The notes: generated by a model from the sequence alone, not told the origin. Numbered from the stretch's first letter, positions 11,510-54,907 are shown. The stretch: DNA of 64,000 nt from Paraspadella gotoi (GCA_051294375.1 CM119267.1:12039553-12103552), one strand, 5' to 3'. Made by a program: numbers and translations.

Positions 11510-14087
11510 ATGGGAGGAAAATACATACCTGCTGATAAAGTAAGTTTTACTTTCGAGATGTTGTGTACTTTGTGTAGTGCGTGTGTGAAATGGCTGAAGG
11601 TGAGAGTGTGTTTGGGTAACTTTACTATCCTTATAAAATCGAAAAACTTCCAAATAGGCTTTTCTTAATTTTGATTGCAGATTTGAATTCCTCGTCAAAA
11701 GTTGATAAAAGAAAATATAAATCATTTTTAAAAATTCTTTTATTAAGTGGGTTTAAAATTTTAAAAAACTTGCTTCTTTTTATTTTTATATTAAATGTAA
11801 ATGCAAAATATATTAAATAATCAAATAATTAATCAATTAATTAATCAATTAGTTAATTAATTAATCAGTTAATTAATCAATTAATTATTAAATCAATTTA
11901 TTAATTAATTATTTAATCAATCAATCAAGACAATCGTTATCGGCATTATTGTCGTCGTCGCCATCATCGTCGTTGCTTTTGTCGTGGTCATTGACGAAAA
12001 CACCGAAAAACAAACATTTCGGATGATAAATTAAAAATATTAAAATTAAAATAAAATAAATAAAAAAATATTACTAGATTTATCATAATTTATTTTCTGA
12101 TTAGTTACTTTCCGCTAAATCTTTTTCGTTCACTCAGATCAATCTAAAGCTTATCCTCGTATCTGGAAAAACAAGGGAGTTCTTTTTCAACGCCAGCGAT
12201 TCTGCCCGTGAAATTGCTCAATTTGTATTCGACAACTGGCCACCAGGTATTATTTCAGTGATAGTTATATGGTGTTTAAAATTGTTTGCGTGATTGGCTT
12301 ATTCATATATGAAATTGGTACAACCAATATAAAAATTATCCATTCATTTAATAAATAAGCTATCTTGCCCCTGACTTTGGACAGGCTTTGGTGGTTTAAG
12401 GCCTTTATGTAGTATGAATGGAAATTTTGTGCTCCTTGTGCACTATCCAATGAAATTAATACAACCAATCTAAAATTATCGATGAGGCCTCCATCCCTCT
12501 TACATTTACAAAATAATAAAATAGCAAAACCCTGAAAGCTTCCAATTAATACTCTCTCTGTCTTGTCTTTAAAATCCTAGAGAACCTTTTTTGTTTATCA
12601 CTGAATTGGTATAATAATATTAATAATAATGTTTTATGAGCTGTTTCAGTAGCATAAAAGGACCAATTCCTTAATTATTAATTATTATTATTATTATTAC
12701 CTTTGTTTTAATTTAGAAGCTTGCTACTAGGATTGGCTTCTCTTCTTGTTTACTTTTTAGCAGCCAAATTTGGTTTTTGAACGTTTTTAATTGAGATGAC
12801 CGTAATCGAAACACGATATATAACATGGTTATTTATTTTGACTTACGAATGCATTGATTTATTTTCATTACAGTATTTGATTCTTGTGTGATAATCCTTT
12901 CATTTCGTTGCGTAATGAGATTTAGTGAAAAAGTTGGAATTTGATGCAACAACGAATTTTTATTTTCAGAAGAAAACGGACATGTTTCGATTTTTTTTCA
13001 ATTTCAAGCCTTCATCAGCGTTTAACAGTTTTTGTCAAATTGTGCAAAAGAAGAGGGGAGGGAAAAAGCGAGAAAGAGAGAGAGAGAGAGAGAATTGAAT
13101 TGTATTGAATTGTATTAAAGAAACGGGCTTTGGGCTACATTGTGCCCCTAAAAGCTACATCAATTTACAAAATGATATTCACAAGTTGAAAAGTATTTAA
13201 AGATATAAACGAAAATCGGGTAGAGTTTTTATCCTAAACATGTTTCATGACATCTTTCCAAGAGGCAGTTCAAACAATCTTTCTTTTTCGAAATGTTGTC
13301 CCAACCTAATAAAAGCTCTATTGGTGACATATTAGTGTAGGTCGAATTTTTTTCAATACGATCAACAATGGTATCAAAAAGAGAATTATTTCGAATCATG
13401 TTTTTTAAACGTCTTACTGACATATTTCTTACATATTCAGATAGTGGGAGAGAGAGAGAGCGAGAGAGGGAGAGAGAGCGAGCGCCAGGCAAACAAGATT
13501 TTTCCAAAACAGAGCTAAGAATAAATAGTGGTCAGGCTGAGGGGAGAACAGGCTGAAGGTAAGGACAGATAGAGTGAGTTTGGAAAAGAAGTGAAAATGG
13601 TCAGAGAGTCCGTTTTCTTCTGGAAATAAAAATTCGTTGTGGCATCAAATTCAAACTTTTTCACTGTATTATGATCCCTTTTTTCCGTTGTGTTTGGACA
13701 TTTTGTAAAACTTTTTGACTAAAGTATTTGATTCTAATTATTTCCCCTCTATTCCAATCGCTACAACCACTCACCTTTCAAGATTGGACAGAGGAGAGCG
13801 TGAGTCGACCCGAGATCTTGCGCTTGATTTATCAAGGTCGATTTCTTCACGGCAACGTTACTCTCGGAGCGTTGCAGCTCCCCGCTGGAAAAACTACTGT
13901 CATGCATCTCGTTCCGAGGGAAAATCTACCAGAGCCCAACAGTCAAGGTTGAGAATGACTCTTGTTTGTCTATTGTCTAATTTCTATCATCGACGGTGGA
14001 TTTTTTAATGACAAAAACATTGCTTTTTCTGTAGGCTTAAAGAAAAAAGACAAAACTGGCGAAAGTCAATGCTGCAGCATCCTGTAA
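11510..14087 (+). CDS. UBL3: Ubiquitin-like protein 3 (membrane-anchored ubiquitin fold, C-terminal CAAX)
   Basis: Exons 11510-11539 (MGGKYIPADK), 12138-12246 (INLKLILVSGKTREFFF...DNWPP), 13783-13947 (ILRLIYQGRFLHGNVTLGALQLPAGKTTVMHLV), 14035-14087 (KTGESQCCSIL*). All GT-AG and phase-consistent. Confidence 0.95.
11621..11765. mobile_element. Fragment of the AT-rich hAT MITE family
   Basis: Near-exact reverse complement of ~47320-47455, inside the MITE at 46996-47590. Confidence 0.7.
12308..12505 (-). repeat. Copy of the dispersed ~135-bp repeat, interrupted by an ~80-bp insert between two aggcct sites
   Basis: Reverse complement of tgtaagagtgatggaggccttaaaccaccaaagcctgtccaaagtcaggggcaagatagcttatttattaaatgaatggataatttttatattggttgtaccaatttcata, seen elsewhere in the window. 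Confidence 0.8.
12974..13023 (-). ncRNA. Minimal type I hammerhead ribozyme motif (Penelope-type)
   Basis: Minus strand: AAACG-CUGAUGA-aggcuu...aaauc-GAAA-C-AU-G-UC-CGUUU. Perfect 5-bp stem I, intact core, palindromic ACAUGU stem III, GUC cleavage triplet; stem II imperfect. Confidence 0.7.
13095..13440 (-). mobile_element. 3' fragment of a non-LTR retrotransposon nested in the Penelope-like remnant
   Basis: Minus-strand frame ending ...IELLLGWDNISKKKDCLNCLLERCHETCLG*, a short UTR, then an (aatacaattc)n tail, embedded in GA/CT microsatellite. Confidence 0.4.
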
Positions 14088-16021
14088 TAATCAATCGGAT
14101 AAAATTGTTCAGCGGAATGAGAAAAATCGAAATCCAGTGAATTTCATCGTGAGAAAAACGTTTTTTCGACTTTACACTAACGTTTTGCTCCTAACAATCA
14201 TCTTCATCAGATAATCCTTGTCGTCATTTAAAGTGACATTTCATCTGTTGCCTCGTCTCGCCTCGTCTCAAGTTATATATTTCTGTATTTAATATTTGTT
14301 TTAAATGCAACTACGGAATACTAGTTTGTTTTAAGTGTTTCAATTTCAGTATAGAATAACAAGGTGTTTGTCAGTGCTATAGTTTTAAATTAAAAAAAAG
14401 TAATGCGGATAAAACTAAAAATGATAAATGGCAGTTTCCTAAAAAACAAGCCAAATATTTTGACTAAAATTTGGTTTCTCTTTTTAATTCATTAAAGAAG
14501 ATTAGCCTTTCGTACTCGTTTAATATCCGTTTCGGGGCACTGCTTATATTGCTTTGTAGATTGTATATGATGTATGAATTTGTCATATTCACCGATCTTA
14601 CTCTGTTACATATCTGTTTTGAGTTGTAAAACTGAGTGAAATAAAGCTATAAATTTATTCTGTCCTAATTTTTTTAATTTATGTCATTGCTGAAAACAAA
14701 CTACACTTAGTGTAATTTCGTTTTCAACGGTCGGATCTAGAATTTTAACTTTTTAGGGCATATTCTTACAGGGGTGAACAAAATTTGAAAAATCATTCTC
14801 TAAAACTGTAAATGATTTTTGAAATCTAAATATATATTCAAATTATGTTCTTTCTTAGCTTTTAGCCAATATAATAGTTGTTTTGAAATATTTTGATATA
14901 ATGCTCATTTTGATGCAGCGATGGCAACGTCTCTGATTTGTCCGCGCGGTTTGGAAGAAATACTTGTTTGATCTCATTCTAAAAATTAAACGATATTGCT
15001 GGATAAGTAAATTAATCATGTAAGGTTTCTGAATGTATTATAAAAGGGTGAAAATAGTAAAAAGCATATTAATGATTTAAGGGTATTCTTTAAAAAAATT
15101 TTTACAATTGTGTTTTACTACTGGGCCGATATTGATGATTTGCATGAACTTACTACATAACTAACTACTGTATAGGGCAATGGGATTTTTTAAATTTGAC
15201 CTATGACCCGAGATATGGGCCCCTAAGAACGCCCAGGTTGGCAAAAATTGGAAAATTTCTTTTTTCAAATTTTGTTAATTTTTTTATCCCGTTTTTTATC
15301 GTATCAAATTTGGTTCAGTGATTTGGTCAGAACCAATTCTCGGTTCGAAAAAGCGATATAGCATTTTCTAATATGAGGCCTTCTGTATTTTGTTTTGTTG
15401 TATTTGAAAGAAAAAAGCCAGAATAATCTTTTGGCACTCATTTTATTATTGTATCTCTAATCGTTCAGACAGGGCAGGACGTTATGTCCCACCACCCCTT
15501 TATTTGCGAAAAGTCAATGTTTTCTGTATTATTATTAAAGTATTTAGATTTGAGTTATGCTCAATATTATTTACTTAGCAAATGATTCTGTACTGTAACT
15601 AAAAAAGAACCAAAGTAAGGAATAAGTTGATAAACTACAAGTTACCAAAGTTCTTGCGAGCGAAGATGTCCTCAAACGTAAGTTGCGTTATATCTAAATA
15701 ATTCAAAATCTTTGAAAAATTTTATGAAAACCTAAAGCACGGCAAATGCGACGTTATTTCTGTTGTCGATTCTTTGTTTTTTCATCATGAGACATGACGT
15801 CAGTTTCTTTTCAAGAAAAGTTTTAATTAGCTTGGACATCGGCCATTAAAGAGTGGCTGGGAATGCAGTAGGAAAAAACGGAGAATGATTATCTTGCCCA
15901 TTGAGAAAAATCTTTAATTAATAGTAATATATATATTTTAAAATTTCAAAAAAAGTTTCGCACCTCTTTTGGTGTTTAGGCGTATATCACTGTAATCTAT
16001 ATATTAAATCCAACAACCGTT

Positions 16022-16180
16022 CATCTGCGGCCGGAGGCAAGTCAATCGCCTCCCAACCCAAAGGTCCGGGGTTCTATCCCGGTGGTCGCCTAGCAGTTAA
16101 GAGGGACGGGGCGCTTAACCCCCCTGTATCACGGTGTTGCTGCCTGATCCATTTTTAATCTACTACATTTTTAATCTATC
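16022..16180 (+). mobile_element. tRNA-derived SINE-like element
   Basis: GC-rich island with anticodon-like loop ctCCCaa, T-arm ccggg-gttctat-cccgg (B-box-like GGTTCTATCCC) and tandem atttttaatcta tail. Confidence 0.55.
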
Positions 16181-16429
16181 ACAAAATATTAGAAAAAAGA
16201 TTCGTCTTAAATCTATCAGATTTTTTTACATTCAGCTTTGCGGTAAAGTACTTCTTTTTCAAAAAATCATTGCTTCTAAATGGATGGCCCAATTTTAATA
16301 AAATTTATGCCAAACTTAACATCTTTCAATAAACTTTAAATCACTTTTAAATTTTTTTTATAATGAAAGTATATAGGGTAATTTTAAAAGTCCGAAAGTG
16401 GCGCGTTTTTTTTGCACAGGACTGTACAG

Positions 16430-17072
16430 TAGAGTGATGTGAAAATGATAAAATTTTAGAAAATTAAAATTTAGCATATAAAATATGAAAATAAAAACTA
16501 ATAAAAATATTTTGATAAATTTATTTTTTAATTTTATATATTAATGGCTACCAGTGAGCTATATTTATATATGGTAATAAGTATATTATAAGCTAAAATT
16601 TCAAAATGCAAATTTTTAAATTTTAAGATCGGATTTGGATTCCTTGCAAAAAGTTATTAAAAGAAAGTATAATTCTTTTTTACAAATTATTTTATTAAGT
16701 TGGTTAAAAATATGAAAAAATGTGCGGCCAATCTGACTTACCACAAATGTATTTAAGATGCCGATTTTTAATTTCGAGCTTAAAAAGTTTTTTTATAATT
16801 TTAACCAACTTAATGACATAATTTTTGAAAAAGATTTTATTTTCTTTTATTAACTTTTAATAAGGAATCTGAATCTGTTCTCAGAATTTAAAAAAAAACA
16901 TTTTTAAATTTTGACATTATATATAAGTAGTACTATATACAAAATATACAAAATAAGCTGACTGGGCTACTATATTTGTAAAAAAAAAATAATTAAAGAT
17001 TAGTATTCACTAATATGATAGTTTTCAAGATATATTTGCTAAATTTTGATTCCAAACTTTTACTTCACCCTA
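16430..17072. mobile_element. hAT-type MITE
   Basis: TIRs tagagtgatgtgaaa / ttttacttcacccta; perfect 8-bp TSD ctgtacag (16422-16429, 17073-17080); internal long imperfect inverted repeats. Confidence 0.8.
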
Positions 17073-17351
17073 CTGTACAGTAATTCTAAAAATAATTTTT
17101 GGACTTTCCTATCTATAAATAAATATTAAAAAAATAATTACTATGGTATAGAGCCATATTAAAAATTTTTTATCCATTGAAAGTATTCTTAAAAATGTCT
17201 AAATATTCGTTTGAGCATTTACTCACTCTAAATTTTTGACTCACCCCATTGAGTGCGGCTACCCCTATTATTACCTTATTATTATTATTATTATTATTAT
17301 TACCCTAATATTAGCCTCTGAATTTCTGATCTAATTGTAGTCTCCACTATA

Positions 17352-17458
17352 CTATGAAATTGGTACAACCAATATAAAAATTATCCATTTATTTAATTAA
17401 TAAGCTATCTTGTCCCTGACTTTGGACAGGCTTTGGTGGTTTCAGGCCTCCATCACTC
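17352..17458 (-). repeat. Copy of the dispersed ~135-bp repeat
   Basis: Nearly identical to 12308-12405; flanked by (tatac)n. Confidence 0.85.
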
Positions 17459-17844
17459 ACTATACTATACTATACTATAGTACATGCCGACGATTTTATT
17501 TTTGACATAAAATTTTAATAAAATTGCGATAAATATTCTTTTACGAATAATATTAATAATAAAATAATTGGTAAATATATTATAGTAATATCTATTGGTT
17601 TCGTTTTCTCATTTTTATTTTCTAGTTTATTTTCTTTTTTCTATTCAATTTCAATTTTCGATTTCATGATAATGATTTCATGATTGTTCTTTCTTTCTCA
17701 TTTTATAATGTCAAATTCATCACGTCACAGACCCGCGTTCCTCAGTTGCCAAGGCTGCCTAGGAAAAACGGTTTAACCGAAACGACCAACCAAAACGAAC
17801 TAATAGGATTTGAGAAAATGAGATTCATTGAAAAACACTAAGAA

Positions 17845-18097
17845 AATTAACCAATCACAGAAAGGCGATGCTTGCTTTCTTCTCAGGCCAAAACGACTAA
17901 CCGATCCGGACCAATGAGAGACAAGCACTGAAGCGACACTCGCCAATCCTCTGCTCCCGTAGCGGTTGACTAGCCAACGTTCACGAAAAAAATATTTCTG
18001 TTTCTCCCATTACCGTAAAATTTCAATCTATTTTCGTCAAGCTTCATCGACGCCGAGCGACGAGCTTCTTCGCTGTCTTAGTTTACTTTATCGAAAG
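17845..18097 (+). promoter_or_regulatory. CCAAT-box promoter and probable non-coding first exon of LC8 copy 1
   Basis: CCAAT motifs at ~17851, ~17911 and ~17943; splice donor AAG|GTGAGC at 18098 upstream of the ATG exon. Confidence 0.45.
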
Positions 18098-18211
18098 GTG
18101 AGCCCTTTACTCAGTTTTGCTGGCATACCGGTACTTAAAACCACGGTTGAAACAATATTTTTTGGGGGCATAGTTTTTCTTTTCGAACAACGTTCCGGAA
18201 GCACCGCAACC

Positions 18212-18855
<644 letters not shown>

Positions 18856-19578
18856 TGAGTACTTTCGTTACCATTCCTCAACAGCATAGAAAAAAATTGT
18901 ATTTAATTTTTGGAAAAGACAATCTTCGAATTTGTCCCCTTTCCCCCTTTTTTTCATGTAGTCTAAAAATCAAACTATTAGTTACGTTTAAGGAGAGGCA
19001 TATTACGAGCCATGCTACTGTTGATTGATTATACGAATTGTATACTGGATACATGTAAGAAGTTTTTAAAAAGTCATTCATTAAACATAAAATTAAATGT
19101 TCTAGTTCGTTGCTGAAGCAGTTACCAGAATGTGTAAAAGGATCTTCCCAACGATCTTTTTCGCATTTGTGGTTTCTGCAGATCGAGCCAGCTACTTAAC
19201 CTGCCAGTTAGATATTCATGTGCATGTGTTCTATGTAGGTTCATGTCATGGATTTGAAAAATGGAGTGAGTCAAATACTTAGTACTTTTCTGTAATTTTT
19301 ATTTGCTACGACAATAAACATTAAACAATTTCTCTTTATCACGCTGATTTTCTTAACGTATTATTCGTTAATTCAGCGAGCTGTTATTTTTGATAGCTAA
19401 TCTTGAGACTTTATGAAAAATGAATTAAAACCTTAAAATTGGAACTTTAAAAGAACTCAAATCAAATAGGTATTTTGAATACATTTTAAATTACATGGAT
19501 TTTAGCCCTGGTTAAACTAAAAGCAATTAGATCGATTTGAAATTGTTTTTGTTATCGTCTTTATTACCTACTTCATGC

Positions 19579-21688
19579 CTAAAAATCATTGAACAACTCT
19601 TCATACAAGTTATGCGCTGAGACTCTCATCGCAACTTCTTCGATCGGCTTTCTGGCGACCTGGAGTGGATCGGTCCATTGCGGGAAAAAGGGCGGCGGTC
19701 GCGCCTTTGGGGCAGTAGAAGAAACCCGTTTTAAATTCAAACTGGTATTTTTGTCGGCAAAGAGGAAATGCCGGTTAGATCGACATTTCGTATGCATTGA
19801 CAAAAAATTTGAAAAAAGAGGATTGGATTGAGGTTCATCATTTATCATTAATTGATTAAATGATAATCGGTCTCGCCTTCGTGTAAAGCCTGAGCCAACT
19901 CGCGCCGTTGAAAAAGGGGTGTCGCTTGATGGCCTCGATGCCGTCACCGACGACGCCGAGTCGACTATCCACTGGGCGGAGAAGCGCCTCCACGAAGCGG
20001 ATCAACTCGCGACTCAGGTGACTCGGATATCTCGGAGACATTTGCAACGTGAGTTTGAAGACTTGCTTGCGTGTCGGAGCGAAGAAAGGGCTTTGCCCGC
20101 AGGCCAGTTCGTAACACAGCACGCCCAAGGTCCAAAAATCCACGGCTTTAGTGTAGCCTGTCGTAGATCAAGATATAATTATGTATAAAGTACTAATAAA
20201 GTTAAGTTTCTTGGACGAGAAAATTCGTCACATTCGTCACACATGGTCGACCTTCGCGCTGGAGAATTTCCGGCGCCATGTAAATCGGGCATCCGGTGAA
20301 TGAGAACGTCAGTTCATCGACAACCATTTTTGCTAGAGCAAAGTCGCAAAGTTTTGGATAACCATCGTTAGCTACCATTATGTTTTCGGGTTTCAAATCG
20401 CGATATGCAATGCCGCAATACTGGTGGAAAGAGTAGAAAAAATTAGTAAAACCAATCATATTGGGCTGTATTTTTTGTTTAACGTAAACAATGACATTCA
20501 AATTGTCCTAAGCAATGAACACTACCGTCACCTGTAAGTATTCAACAGCGAGCACCATGCATTGGACGTAGAATTGTACGTGTTCCTCCAGCATAGCCCC
20601 GTGGTCTTTCAAATAGTCGTACAAGTCGCCACCAGGGAGAAATTCCATCACCATGAAGAGATAGGAGTTGTTCTGGAAATGATCTTCTACCTCGACCACG
20701 AAAGGATTAGACAATGCCTGTTTATTTAATATTGTGTAATTAACATGAAAACGAGGTTGGATAGAAATAATGTGTTTTCGAACGCTCGGGCAATGGTAGG
20801 AAGATAAGAATACCCGGGACACGACTCGATCACCTATTAAATTTTATTTAACGAAAATGGACAATGGACATACATGCAGAAGTCTTTTTTCGTTAACCGC
20901 CTTTAACGCTAATTTCTTTTTCACGATTTTCTTTTTATCCACGATTTTCATGACGCGGAAACGATCTTCGTCTATAGATCGACACAGCATCACCCGCCCA
21001 AAAGTACCTGAGAGTGAGTTATACTTGATACGGCATTGCACGATTACTAAATTCTTAACCCCGCCAATAAACTTCCTGTGACTCTTGTGAATCGACAGAA
21101 CATCATTTAATGATTTATTTTTCCTTTTCTCCCGGATCCACCTCATTGCTTTTAATACTTAGTAGACGATCATGCTGCGCACTGCCCACCTTTTCCCAAC
21201 GAGTAGTGTCTGATATAATTATTGAGATAGCGGTGGGAATGCTTGTGATCCCTGAAACGTGCGTTGACGGAGTATTTGAGAAAAAAGGAGTCGACTTCTT
21301 CCTCCATAACATCGAACCAATTTTTTTCCGAGACGACGACCAAGATCTCTTCCGAAGTCTTAGAAGTTTTCTTCTCCTTTTTGGATTTGGTCAGAGTCAC
21401 GGCCTCTGATGAGTCAACGGGCTCTGTTGTCGCCTCTGGTGATCCCATTTCGGCAGGTTCCTCTTCGGATGCGAGAGTTTGGGATTTCAGGGATTTGCGT
21501 TCTTCAATCGACTTGCGCGTTTCCATGGATCCCCTGCCCGTGGACTTGCGCGCCTCCATCGATCCCCTACCCGCCTCTATGGATCCCCTTCCCGTCGAAT
21601 TTCGCGCCTCCATAGAAGCCCGCGGTGGCAACTCTTCTTCACTGTCAGCTTGGTTCCGGTTCCTTATTCAGTTATTTGGTGTTACTAA

Positions 21689-21756
<68 letters not shown>

Positions 21757-21949
21757 CTTACAATGTCAGTGCTCTCCTCTCCCAATAACCCCCGACCCCT
21801 TTCCCAAGTAGGTGATCCACCCGTCGAAACTCTATCCGTTTTTCTTTGTAAGTGTGACCGTTGTAATCCCGGCTTCCGTCACCGTCACTTTTCAATCGCC
21901 AGCGCCTTCCTCCTCGGTCCCGCCTCATCTCCCGCAGTTCATCCATCAT
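19579..21949 (-). CDS. Divergent PKA-catalytic-subunit-like AGC Ser/Thr kinase with long N-terminal extension
   Basis: Exons 21949-21762 (less certain), 21662-21190, 21007-20874, 20717-20532, 20420-20252, 20157-19877, 19704-19579. Motifs LGKGTFGRV, VMK, NEK, MEFLPGGDL, YRDLKPEN, DFA, YMAPE, GYTKAVDFWTLGV, IKRHPFF; ends in a PKA-type FxxF (FNDF*). Confidence 0.88.
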
Positions 21950-22369
21950 CGGTTCTTTTTTTCGATCAGTCGGTGATTTCCATGCCCGCGCTATATGAGA
22001 GACGAAGTTAATCGTGAAACTATGGTGAACCTAAACGTCGTCCTAAAAAAATTAAATGGCATAAACTGGGAATTTAATCTTAAGAATTTCGATGAAGGAA
22101 TCAGACAATATGCGCGTCGAAGCCGAAATACCAGTTGCTGTCCGAGCGACGCATCTCATCATTAAGACAATATCGGAATTCATTATCTTTGCATCACTCT
22201 TTTTCTGTTAAATGACTTTAAAATCCAATTATCACTGATCACCCATTTCCGCTATCCATTTTCCCTCGGGTAACGTATTTCCCCTTTTTCTCATTAGTTT
22301 CTCTATCCAATTTGTTTTATTCCACCTTGTTGGATCTTAGTTTTTTTTTCATTGCCACCCCTATTAGCG

Positions 22370-22464
<95 letters not shown>

Positions 22465-22469
22465 CTCTC

Positions 22470-22900
22470 TCTCTCACGCGCACGTTGGCGCGCGTGGCGT
22501 TGAAAGCGCGTCTCGAGGAGTTTTCTCTTTCTCTCTCTCTTTCTTCATACTTTTTTTCTTTTTCGAAGGTCAACTTTTTTCTCTTTCCTTCCGCACGACT
22601 TTTTCTCGCCTTTCCTCGTTTTCTCGGTTTTCTTCGCAACGCTTCGTCGTCTCCGGAACTGCTCTAATCCTTTCGAATCCGCGTTAATCCATTCGGCGTC
22701 GCGATTCCCCTTTAAGCCAACGACGCGACGATAACGACGACCAAGAAAGACGCCGCCTTTTTTTTCACTTCCTTTTTCATCTTGGCCAATTCTCTGGGAA
22801 GAGTATCCGCGCGCGCGTGACGCGGGGCGCCGTTCGGGGATTCGCGCGTGCGTCGCGCGCGGGGGCGCCTAGTCGACGCCCTTTAGACATTTCGACTCGG
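22470..22900. promoter_or_regulatory. CpG/CGCG-rich putative bidirectional promoter between the kinase (-) and the GALNT-like gene (+)
   Basis: Dense cgcgcg motifs, a CCAAT at ~22786, and position between divergent gene starts. Confidence 0.4.
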
Positions 22901-23054
22901 ATCTCGATTCATCTCGATCTCCGTGATCAACTTTTAATGGATATATTTTTGACTTTAAAAAAAAATAATAATCACTACTACTAGTTTATGTAAACTCAGC
23001 ATCCGGAAAATTAGAATTAAATTAAAGCGAACTAACAAAAAAGCTGAATCGAAA

Positions 23055-52982
<29,928 letters not shown>

Positions 52983-53029
52983 GTGAGGCGGTCGCTGCTC
53001 CGATTTCCCGATGTCCGAATTCAGTGACA

Positions 53030-53200
53030 TGGGAAAAGGTGAGTGCATCTTCAATTATAAGGGGGGCGAAGGGGGGTTAATTGGTGTAGGAGTGGCATGG
53101 GAGAAGAAGGTGAAGTTGACCTCTCATTAAAGGGGGCGAAGGCGGAGGGGTTAATGTGTAAGGGGTGGCATGGGAGAGGAGGTAAGTGCCTACTCAATTC
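53030..53200 (+). repeat. ~70-bp tandem repeat (two to three degenerate units) just downstream of a GALNT exon
   Basis: aaggggggcgaagg...ggttaat..gtgta..ggtggcatgggaga..aggt repeated. Confidence 0.7.
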
Positions 53201-54866
53201 GTTTTAACGAACCGGAGTCGATTGACTTACATCTCCCGTCTCCGCTAATTCGATCAGACGACGAGCAGAGGAACAAAACAGGGAACCTGCTATGTCATTT
53301 AATCTAATGTAAGATTGATGGAGGCCTTAAAACCACCTAAAGCCTGTCCAAAGTCTAGCGGGCCAGAAGATAGGCTTACTTTATTAAATAAATGGATAAA
53401 TTTTTATAGTGTGGGCTTGTACCAAATTTCATTAAAATTCACGCAGCATACCTAGTATTTTATGATTGCTAGTGGAGTACAATATAGTACTTCCCATCTA
53501 TACATAAGGGAGTTGTCTTTTCATACAATTGAAACATTCTTGAATATTTATCCAACCTTTCATTGATTAGGGAAGCCAGGTTCTTGGAGTGAATAAACAA
53601 GACGTGAGACGAGGTCTTGAGTTAAAAGCTGTGATCAGGGACCTGCTATGTCATGTATCTCTGTAAGAGTGAGGAGGCCTTAAACCACCATAACCTGTCA
53701 AAAGTCAGGGGCAAGAAGCTTTATTTATTAATAAATGGATAATTAATCAAGCCACATGACCGGCAAGCCGGTTCAGGCTTGATATTTTGACTTCGGGTGA
53801 GCCTCGCACTCATCTATGGCTTTGCCGTATGTGGCATGACGTCGTCGGTCGTCGTCATCGTCGTGCCGCACGGCTTGTTTTTTAAATTAAAAACTACTAC
53901 GCTTAATAAGGTTTGCCTGTTGTCACCTTACCGTTTTTTTTTAAATTAAAAATTATTATTAATTATTTCTAAAAGTTTACAAAAGTGTGCGATCATAGTA
54001 AGTGTAAAAAAATAGAGTATGGCTTCTCATTACGTTCAAATTAGCTTGATATTATTCTTATTAACATTTTGGATGTTAATGTATTTTTTGTTTGAATTGT
54101 CAACTTTCAGCTTGATGATTTACTGCAATATGCAGAATGGAGAATTAATAGTTACCTGGAATAATAAATTATCCAAATTAGTATATAGAAACCTGCTTTA
54201 AGGCTCAATTTACATAATTGCAGACTATATAAATTTTGAGAGATGTCAATAAGATTATTTATTTAAATTTTCTAATAAAAGATGGGAACTCAAAGGATTT
54301 TGTTAATCGAGACGCTAAACTTAATCTTAAATTTTAACTACAACATAAAAATAAAATATCTTTTACACAAGCTGCGAAGAAAAAATTGGAAAAAGTTATC
54401 CAATTGTTAAACCATTGGTAACATTTTTGCCTTTCTTTATTTATTTTTTAAATTATATATATATTTTTTAGGCGCATGGCCTTTCTGAAATCGTTAAAAA
54501 CGAGTTCAGTTTTCTCTACTGTACTCTCTTTGGCTGGCGATTCCTTCTGCGTGTCGTTCGTTTTTTGAAAAATTGTCTATTATTATTTTTCTTTCTAAAA
54601 AACATATATATTTGATCATGGCGCGGCCTTTTCTGAATCGTTTTAAAAAAACAACGAGTTTCAGGCTCCTCATCTCTCTCTGCTCCCCTCCGTCCCCTCC
54701 GTCTCTCTCTCTCTCTCTCCTCTCATTCTCTCTCTCTCTTCTCTTCTCTCTCTCTCTTCTCCTCTTTTTTTTTTTTACCAAAAAAAATTTCGACTTGTCT
54801 AGAACACGGTTTGGTTGAAAAAATTCTGACAGTAACTGACGNNNNNNNNNNNNNNNNNNNNNNNNN

Positions 54867-54907
<41 letters not shown>

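Larger units (their letters stand above)
12924..13665. mobile_element. Penelope-like element remnant with inverted terminal segment (arms 12924-12981 and 13608-13665)
   Basis: 58-bp inverted repeat with ~3 mismatches; hammerhead motif adjoining the left arm; CT-rich tract upstream of the ribozyme on the minus strand. Confidence 0.6.
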
